A stretch of DNA of 63,841 bases, counting the filler, from Olpidium bornovanus S191 (taxonomy: Eukaryota; Fungi; Olpidiomycota), in the NCBI GenBank assembly GCA_017911155.1. It is 28 parts of 28 records of this genome, joined end to end, with 100 filler letters (N's around TTAATTAATTAA, not from the genome) between each part and the next. Parts side by side here need not be neighbours in the genome. Positions count along the whole stretch, not along the records: positions 54,707 to 56,504 come from JAEFCI010000548.1; positions 56,605 to 58,816 come from JAEFCI010003047.1; positions 58,917 to 61,101 come from JAEFCI010002715.1; positions 61,202 to 62,294 come from JAEFCI010006826.1; positions 62,395 to 63,841 come from JAEFCI010007214.1; 23 more parts are not named here. The stretch is one strand, 5' to 3'. The notes beneath the pieces were generated by a model. It ran no database searches. It was not told where the DNA came from and saw only the letters and a program-made list of their open reading frames with translations. Made by a program: the position numbers and the translations under genes. Positions 56,022 through 63,841 of the stretch are shown piece after piece (positions within the stretch are counted from its first letter, which is position 1; the number at the start of each line of letters is the position of its first letter).

Positions 56022-56604
56022 AAGTCCCACACGTCCCCCACCCCACGGCCCGGGGCCGCAAAAGACCGAGCCCTCCTCCCTCACACGTGCGGTCTTTGCA
56101 GGAATCGTTGCTCTCAGGGAGGGTCCTCGTTTTAGGGTGGAAGCGTCACGCCGGCAAAGTTATGTGGCGCCTAGCGGATATATACAGTACGTTAGCAACA
56201 TCTACCATGGGTCCGCTCCGTATCTTGCCTGGTGTATTTTCGCCGAAGTTACGTCGGAAAAAAATTGCCCATTCTCCAACCTTCTCAACAAATCCCTCTT
56301 GTGGCTGCGGGCCTTCACTGGCTCCGCCAAAAAACAATTGTGTACCGCCGGGGCGAATTCTCTCGGTTTCTGGCGTGGCATCATCATGCCACTCAGCGGG
56401 CCCTGGCCAGCGAAGCAGCATCGATGTGGCGCGGCAGGGCGCGTCCTCGGCCTCGACCATCGCCTGCGGTCTGAGAAGGCGGACGCGCGAGATTTGGTAC
56501 CTTANNNNNNNNNNNNNNNNNNNNNNNNNNNNNNNNNNNNNNNNNNNNTTAATTAATTAANNNNNNNNNNNNNNNNNNNNNNNNNNNNNNNNNNNNNNNN
56601 NNNN

Positions 56605-57704
56605 CATGCCCGCCCAAACGCCGTCTCCCACTCCGCGACGACGCCCGCTTTCACGCAGCCGGCGTTCGGCCCCTCGCCGGTGCCGGCCGGCGGATCGCAG
56701 GGAAAGTTACCGCACTCCGGTTACGGGCCGTGCGGCCGTCGTATAGGCGCACAGCCCCGCAACGCTGCTCCCGCGCGCCCGTTGGCCGTCAACGGCAGAT
56801 ACGCTCCGGGAGCGCGGCCTGCCGCTCCTCACGCCGCGACGGCGCCGCTGCAAGACGGCCAACGCAAGGGCAACGCGTCCAATCCGCTGCCTGGACAGGA
56901 AAACGTCCAGCCCGCACCGGCGCCCACTGTCCGCTCTGGCGCTACGCACGGGATGTTGACGTTCGGCGAACTCTCGCCGGGCGACCAAACGTCTGCCTGC
57001 CCGATGGCGCCCTCTCCCACCGTAGGCCTGTTCCTCGGCGGCGGCAAGGGGCTCGGGGTGAACGTGACCCAGGGACCGCCCGTTTCGTCAATTCTGTCCG
57101 ACGCGCGCCGAACGGCCAGGTCGCCGGGCACGTTGGGCAGGGCCGTCACGAGGCCGACACCGATCGCCCGGCCGAGGTGCATGTCGGCGACGTGCCCGGA
57201 CCCTGACCACGCGAGCCCGTCCCTGATAACGCCGCTGGAAGATCGGGCAGCCGCGAACTGGCAGACGCCGTGCGGCACGTCGGCGGGATCGTTACATTCG
57301 GCCGAGCCGGGTTCTGCGGCAATCCCGCACCTGGGGTTTGCGCTGGGACAGGTTGCGGCGGACGGCGCCCCGCCCGCGGAACCGGGGTCCGTCTTCGCCT
57401 CGCTGTTCTCGGGCCCCGTCGTCGGGCCTCTTCACCAGCCGGCGTCCCACCACCTGTTCGGGTCTCCCGCCAACCGCGGCTTGCCCGGGGAGCAGCCGGC
57501 CGGTTTCCAGTCGCATTACCACCAGCAGCGCCAGCACCAGCCGCAGCTGCGCGGAATGGCGATGCAGGGGATGCCGGACTGCCACCACCCTCCTTACCAC
57601 TCGTTTTTCCACTCCCCGCTGGTCCAGCAACTCGGCGGCCCGCCCCTCGCGCAGCGGCACAGCAGGCAGCACGAGCTGTCGGGCGGCGTGTCGGCCTTCA
57701 CGGT

Positions 57705-57746
<42 letters not shown>

Positions 57747-58083
57747 CGCCCTCTCGTTCTGGGACCCGGTCGCGCCCGCGCACGCAGCCGCCACCGCCCT
57801 CGGACTGCACGGCGTGCCGGCGCACGACTTCGCGGGCGCCGGCGACGTTTTCGGGCTGCCGCCGTTCACGACGACGGCGGCGGCGACGGCCGCGGCGGCA
57901 ACGGAGGCAAACCAGGAACCCGTCGTCGTCCCGCGCGCGGCCGGGATCAGACCGGTCGGCGGCCCCGACGCCGGCGCAGGGACGCCGCAGCCCGCCGGGA
58001 CCCCGTCGGCGACCGGCGGCGGAGGCGGCGGCGGCTGGGAGCGGCGGCACGCTTCCGCGGTGCCCGCGGCCGCTTTCGCGTGA
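56605..58083 (+). CDS. Last exon of an uncharacterised Pro/Ala/Gln/His-rich disordered protein, 5'-partial
   Basis: Frame open from the contig start for about 490 codons to TGA. Confidence 0.5.
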
Positions 58084-58270
58084 CCCTTCGTTGTTGTTTT
58101 TTTTTTTTTTTTTTCCCCCGCCACCACTCTCCCGCTCACCGCGCGCGCGGAAAACGGAGGGGAGGGGGAGGTTTGGGGAGCGAGGGGAAAGAGTCCTTCC
58201 CAGAGTTAATTACTTCGGGCGCGCGCGGCGGGGGGGTTTTTTCTTGTAGTTAAATAGGAAAGAAATTTTG

Positions 58271-58303
<33 letters not shown>

Positions 58304-58317
58304 CCCCTCCCCCCCCC

Positions 58318-58360
<43 letters not shown>

Positions 58361-58757
58361 GAGGGACACGAGAAAAAATTTTTTTTTTTTGGTTTTTCCT
58401 TTTGATGCGAGCCTCCTTCCCCTTCGGTTGCATGAAACGGGGTGGTCCGCTTCTTTCCCTCCCCCCCGCCTTTCTTTTTTTTTTTTTTTTTTTTGAGTTT
58501 TGATGCGCAATGTATTATTTTACGCACCCTGCGGCTACGCCGCAGAAACCACCACACCCAAAAAGTGCTAGACGACCGCTGCAACGGAGAGAGGCCATGC
58601 CGCATCAATACGCAAACCAAACCACTTTGTTCTCAAACATACGCCACGACAAAGAAGACAAACAGGCAAGTCGCAGATAGGGCCGAAAGCAAACACCATG
58701 AAGACCCCACAACCACCCTCACTGCTGCTTTGCCTGAAGCACCGCGCGGCCCTCGTA

Positions 58758-58792
58758 CCCTAGCCCTAACCCTAACCTGACCCTAACCCTAG
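58758..58792. repeat. Telomere-like repeat (CCCTAA)n, degenerate, six units
   Basis: CCCTAG CCCTAA CCCTAA CCTGA CCCTAA CCCTAG. Confidence 0.75.
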
Positions 58793-58916
58793 TTGTGAAA
58801 GTTGTTCAAAGGCAGCNNNNNNNNNNNNNNNNNNNNNNNNNNNNNNNNNNNNNNNNNNNNTTAATTAATTAANNNNNNNNNNNNNNNNNNNNNNNNNNNN
58901 NNNNNNNNNNNNNNNN

Positions 58917-58968
<52 letters not shown>

Positions 58969-59122
58969 AAGACGACGCGCTCGGAACACGCCTTCTTTCC
59001 GCTGGACCGTTTCGGCTGAGAACTCAATCGTGCCCGCCCCACGTGCCGGCGGACTGTGCCGCTCGCTGTCCCGGGCGGCGGCCGCGAAGCCGAGGCAGAT
59101 CGCCGGCCCTCGCCGACCAGCC

Positions 59123-61101
59123 ATGGACAACAGCGGGCCCGATGCAGACCCGTCCTTCCTCCTGCACCCGGAGCCGGCGGCGGTGCACGACGCGCCCTCG
59201 CCGTCGCCCGTCGATTCAGTCCACGGAGCCTCGGCGGCGCCGTCGGCCCGCCCTCCGGCGAGGGCCGCTTGGTCGCAGTACAACCCTTTCGCTCTGGTCT
59301 CCTCCTGGTATTGGCCCACGTCCCCGGCTCACGCGGAGGCGGCCGAGAGCAGGCTGCTCTCTCGCCTCCGGTTTTTCGGGAGACGGGACTCCGCCGATCG
59401 GACCGGCAGCCGCACCAGCGTCCGCGTCAGCTTTGTCGACCTCGGCGACGGGCGGCACATCAACTCTCTGGTGGTCGACGAGGAACACGTGCAGGAGGGC
59501 GTTGCGATTCACCAGCAGGACTCAGAGGCCGATGGTGGCGACGACACTTTCGGATACACACCGGGAACGGAGCAGACGAAACTCGACATCTTTAGGGCTG
59601 ACGGTGTCGAGCGCGACCCGAAGGCCAGAGAACGGAGGACATTGGTCATTTGCCACGGTATGGCCAAGGTTGGACGCTCAATAGAAATGCCCCGAAGAGG
59701 CTGACGAGATCTATTGCAGGTTACGGTGCCGGACTGGGGTTCTTCTACCGCAACTGTATGTGTGTGGGAGTGGGGAGGGGGGGTGGTGGTGGTGGTGGAA
59801 TATCCCGTGCACCTGCCGCGGTTCTTGCCGTTTAGTTGTGCAATCCGGCAACACAGTTCATGGCATATCGACTTCGTCCTTGAATCCGAAGATATACGCG
59901 ATTGATTGGCTCGGAATGGGGAGGGAAACGAGTTCTGTACGGTACCCCCGTCGCTTGTTTTGTTTTGCAAAGGCAGCCCACTGATATAAGCACGCAAGGT
60001 CGTCGCGCACCCCGCTGCCGCCACTCCGAAGGTCGTGCCTCGCCCGGAACTCGCAGATTTCGGTCGAGCAGGTCGTGAAGCAGACCGAGGATTACTTCGT
60101 CGACAGCCTGGAAGACTGGCGGAAGAAGGTCGGCATCGGGAAGATGACGCTTTGCGGGCACTCCCTCGGCGGCTACCTGTGCGCCGTGTACGCGCTCAAG
60201 TACCCCGAGAACGTGGATGCCCTGCTGCTCGTGAGCCCGGGTAAGAAGCATCCCGGGCTTCTTGGACCGGAACCTTGTTTACCACTGGGGGGAAGTCGGA
60301 ACGGCGTGCGTCCTCAAACCCGACGTCCGGGTTGGCCGATTTGCCTTCTTTATTTCAGTGGGTATCCCGGAGAACCCGCACCGCAACGCGAAGCCCGCCA
60401 CCACCGAAGAGGCCGAGGCAGCGGACCACGCCATTAGAGGAGTGCGGCGGATCCCCGGCTGGATCAGCTATCTGTGGAAAGCAGATTTCACCCCCCAATA
60501 CATTATCCGCGCTCTAGGCCCCTGGGGCCCTGGGATGGTGCGTTCGTTCCGAGCTTTGCGCGTGTTTTTTTTTTTTTTTGTTCGCAGTGAGGAGGCATCC
60601 GGCGACGACATGCACCAGAACCGAAATGACGTAGTCCCCCAGGTCAAAAGGTACACGGAAAGGCGCTTCGCTTATCTCGATGACGAGGTTAGTGACGTGA
60701 AATTGATTTTACTTTTGGTGCAAATCGGAAAACGTGTTGTTGATATTGTCGTTTGGGATCTTTATTTTATCTTTTTTTCCTAGGACCGCGAAGCAATGTA
60801 CGAAAGCTGGCCAAGCCACATTCACGGCGTCGCCTTTGATTTTCCTTCTTCTTCCTTTCTTTTTTTTTTTTTTTTTTTTTTCAGGCGACGGCGATTGACA
60901 GCGTTTTCTTTGGACAATGCAAAGGCGGGACTATATCTACCACATTTCGGCGGCGTCGGCAACGAGCGAGTACGCGATAAGTAAGGCAGCCAATTTGAAC
61001 TAAAACGTCTTTGCGGAGCCGCTTAAACATCGCTCGCCGGACAGGCAGGTTACTAGCTCCTGGCGCGTATGCATACTTGCCGTTGATCAACCGTCTTCAT
61101 G
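59123..61101 (+). CDS. Alpha/beta hydrolase of the ABHD4/5-Cld1/Ict1 family, 3'-partial
   Basis: LVICHG|YGAGLGFFYRN, IYAIDWLGMG, EDYFVDSLEDWRK, GHSLGGYL (nucleophile motif), LLLVSP|VGIP, DYIYH...SEYA, LAPGAYA..PL..RL. Confidence 0.9.
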
Positions 61102-61242
61102 NNNNNNNNNNNNNNNNNNNNNNNNNNNNNNNNNNNNNNNNNNNNTTAATTAATTAANNNNNNNNNNNNNNNNNNNNNNNNNNNNNNNNNNNNNNNNNNN
61201 NCCCCCCCCCCTTCCGTCGCCGCTTTTCGCGAAATACGCGCA

Positions 61243-61677
61243 ATGTCGACCACGTACCTGCTGGGCCTGCGCTTGAGCGCCGAGCGGCCGGTGTGGAAGG
61301 CGATCTCGAAATTCTACGGGATCGGGTACGTCACGGGCCGGCAAATCACCGACAAGCTGCTCATCTACCCTCAGGCGAGGCTCCCCGACCTGTCGGAGCC
61401 GGAGCTGAACCGCCTGGCCACCGAGATCTCGTCGCGGACCATCGAGAACGCCCTGCGCAAGGAGATTCTCCACAGAAAGATCAAGGAGGTCCGCCTGGGC
61501 ACCAACAAGGGCCGCGCCCTCCTCGCCGGCATGCCCGTTCACGGCCAGCGCAACAAGAACCAAGCCAGCACCTCCCGCAAGTTCAACAACCGCGGCCTGG
61601 AAGGCATGCAGATCGTCGCCCCCGGGTGGCCGCCCAGCAAGGTCGTGCGGCTCGTTCGTAAGAAATACAATAACTGA
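61243..61677 (+). CDS. SWS2: Nucleus-encoded mitochondrial ribosomal protein uS13m, intronless
   Basis: AISKFYGIGYVTGRQITDKL, IENALRKEI...I......GT.KG.....GMPVHGQRNK.QA.TSRKFN are the uS13 signatures. Confidence 0.88.
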   Translation: MSTTYLLGLRLSAERPVWKAISKFYGIGYVTGRQITDKLLIYPQARLPDLSEPELNRLATEISSRTIENALRKEILHRKIKEVRLGTNKGRALLAGMPVHGQRNKNQASTSRKFNNRGLEGMQIVAPGWPPSKVVRLVRKKYNN

Positions 61678-62258
61678 AGACCGAGCGAAGGGTCTAAGCC
61701 TTGCCGAGCGGAAGAGGAGCCCGAGCGCGCTCAAAGTACCCGAAGCACAAATCCGGAATGTTTCCCGCGGCTTGCCCATTTTGTTTGGAAACGGAAGGCG
61801 GGGGGGGGTGGTGGGGGGGGGGGGCCACCACACACAGAGATGCGTCGGCGGTTTCGGTCGACAGAGGCACCCGGAAACTAGCACGGTGCATACGGGGGTG
61901 TGTGTGCACCGAAATCGTAATTCGCGAAGCGCGGGGACGGGGAAGCGAGACGGGGCAGGAACGGAAAAAAAAAAAACCAAAAAAAAGGAAAAAAAAAAAA
62001 AAAAAAAAAAAGTTCTCGGTTGGCGGCTCCGACGCCCCGCCCCGGGTTCGACGCGTCCACGTTGGACAGTCGTGTTTTTTTTGGGCCCAAAGCCGGTTCG
62101 CCCAACGGAGGTTGAAACGGGGCGGTCGGGGAAGGTGTGGGGGGATGGGAAGGCGCTTGGACTGGGCCCCGGCCCTCCACGTGCGCGCGCGTTGTTCGGG
62201 GCCCGGGGATTTTTTCATTTCCTTCTTTTTTTTTTTTTTTTTTTTTTGTGGGGGGGGT

Positions 62259-62291
<33 letters not shown>

Positions 62292-62512
62292 CGCNNNNNN
62301 NNNNNNNNNNNNNNNNNNNNNNNNNNNNNNNNNNNNNNTTAATTAATTAANNNNNNNNNNNNNNNNNNNNNNNNNNNNNNNNNNNNNNNNNNNNCATCGC
62401 GGCCTTCATCTCGCCGCAAGTGAGCCAAAAAAAACAACAACAACAAAGAACGTAAACCACTTTCGTTCTTTCTTTTTTTTCATTTTTCTTTTACAGAAGA
62501 TAAGAAAAAATC

Positions 62513-63841
62513 ATGCTCCCACGATCTCGGCCGCCGCCGGCCGTCACCTACGGGAAGAGGAGGACCTTGGCCACCGCCAGGAGCCGCGCGCTGGCCGGTG
62601 GGAGCGGCAGCAGCGCCCCCGCGCGCGGCGCCGCCGGCCGCAGCGCGATGGACGACGACGACTCCGGCCTCAGCGATCTGGGAGGCCCCGGCGCAGGCGG
62701 ACGCGACGAGAACTCTTCCCTCCCCGGCCCCGCCGCCAAATTCCCCGGCTGTCGGCTGCGTTCGCCGGAAGCAGAGGACGGCCGCGGCGACGGCGCGCAG
62801 GCCTCTGCGCCGTCGCCGCCGCAAGGCGCCGGAAGTTCGCCTCCCCCGCGGAAGCGTCGCGCTTCCCACGACTCCTGCAGCGGAGAGAGCGAAACTGCAC
62901 GCAAGACTGCCTGGAACCCCGGGCAAGCCCAAAATAGAAGGACAGCGACCGCGGCCGGCCCAGGTAAACGGCTGACGGCGGCTCCGGCGGACGAAGTCGT
63001 TGCCAAGAAGCCTGTGAAGCGACCGGCCGGTGCTTTCAGCGGCGCGAAGGACAGGTCGCCCAAGAGGGCGAGGCGGCGAAGGGCCCTTGGCGAGGCCGTC
63101 GCTTGCTCCCCTTCAACCGCCGAACCCGTACAGGCTGCCTCTTGCCGGGATCACTTGCTCGTCCGTGCGACGCCGCGTTCCGTTCAACTGTCGACCGAAA
63201 CGTCGGCGAAAAGTGAACTGCGGACGTCGTGTGCCGCCCGCCGGAAGACGAACTCGCCGCCGGACGGGACGGCGTATTCGGCGTCCGAGCCGTCGGCTTG
63301 CGTATCTTCGACGTCGGAGGAACCGAACGACAGGTCGGAACGGCGCCACAGTCTTTCACCGACCTACACAACCAGAGACTCTGTGCCTTATTCTTCGGAG
63401 CAGGCCGACAGCGGTCACCCCTCAACGAACGACATCTGGCGGGAATTTGATGCCCTTTCCCAGTCGCAGGATGAAACCGCTGCCCGTTCCTCACGGAGGA
63501 AGCGTATTGTTTCGACGCTGCAGCGTAAAGTGGCGGATTCCCATACTGAGCCTGGCGTATGGTCGCAGAAGCCGCCCCTGCCACCGCCACTGCAGAAGAC
63601 GACAGACGCGCAGCCGACGGAATCAATGTGGGCGGCAAAGAGCGGCTATTTTTCCACTGGCTGGGGCAAGTCGAAGCACGCCCCAGGTGCAGTCTCAATC
63701 GGGTGTTCCGAGAGTTCCGGCAGCGGTTTTTCCCAACCTGAGGCGCGAGCTGTGAAGGACCAGCCCCGTTCTACCCCTCTAAACCCACGGCACCTGATAG
63801 CTCGAACGTATGGGATGCCGCGGACCGTTTTGGAAAACATG
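62513..63841 (+). CDS. WAPL/Wpl1 (Rad61)-like cohesin release factor, disordered N-terminus, 3'-partial
   Basis: Frame open from ATG 62513 towards the window end (not in the ORF track; both ends translated by hand, middle not fully checked). Contains VTYGKRR, RKRIVSTL and ARTYGMPRTVL, resembling Wpl1 N-terminal motifs; no WAPL domain within the window. Confidence 0.5.
   Translation, partial: MLPRSRPPPAVTYGKRRTLATARSRALAGGSGSSAPARGAAGRSAMDDDDSGLSDLGGPGAGGRDENSSLPGPAAKFPGCRLRSPEAEDGRGDGAQASAPSPPQGAGSSPPPRKRRASHDSCSGESETARKTAWNPGQAQNRRTATAAGPGKRLTAAPADEVVAKKPVKRPAGAFSGAKDRSPKRARRRRALGEAVACSPSTAEPVQAASCRDHLLVRATPRSVQLSTETSAKSELRTSCAARRKTNSPPDGTAYSASEPSACVSSTSEEPNDRSERRHSLSPTYTTRDSVPYSSEQADSGHPSTNDIWREFDALSQSQDETAARSSRRKRIVSTLQRKVADSHTEPGVWSQKPPLPPPLQKTTDAQPTESMWAAKSGYFSTGWGKSKHAPGAVSIGCSESSGSGFSQPEARAVKDQPRSTPLNPRHLIARTYGMPRTVLENM

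Noticed and set aside
59915-60000. Apparent non-canonical GG-AG intron in the hydrolase that would restore GMGRSSR
   Set aside because: That model needs an extra frameshift; a canonical GTACGG...AAG intron in phase 0 keeps the frame to EDYFVDSLE.
50176-63841. Apparent DNA repair / chromatin gene cluster (TFB2, BRCA1-like, WAPL-like)
   Set aside because: The genes are on separate contigs joined by artificial spacers; there is no evidence of physical linkage.

Overview
This is not one locus. It is 28 unrelated small contigs (about 1.1-6.8 kb) joined by an artificial 100-nt spacer (N44-TTAATTAATTAA-N44), so adjacency across spacers is meaningless. The DNA is GC-rich, intron-rich and eukaryotic. 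Fungal-type housekeeping genes (ARC15, TLG2, CRM1, RPS9, PPH3, TFB2, CSF1, RMD5, APT1, SWS2, RNH1, a CLD1/ICT1-like hydrolase, a P5B ATPase, an ABCC transporter, a WAPL-like gene) occur together with the flagellar central-pair gene HYDIN. This points to a zoosporic, early-diverging fungus; an Olpidium-like lineage is my unverified guess. Also present are tRNA-Leu(CAG), a mutated tRNA-Lys(CTT), and decayed Copia, Gypsy, LINE and Helitron fragments. Main highlights: (1) a frame-supported U12-type minor intron (10825-10920); (2) a KMT2C/D (Trr/MLL3-4)-type ePHD-FYRN-FYRC-WIN-SET methyltransferase, a BRCA1-like RING gene and a coilin-like gene, all lacking in budding yeast; (3) half of all contig ends fall at CATG, and at least two internal CATG sites join unrelated sequences (SET exon to DEAH-helicase exon; TFB2 intron to Copia pre-integrase), so the assembly looks built from CATG-cut, re-ligated DNA; (4) several unexplained palindromic or hairpin elements. 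All identifications are by eye from remembered family motifs; no database search was run.
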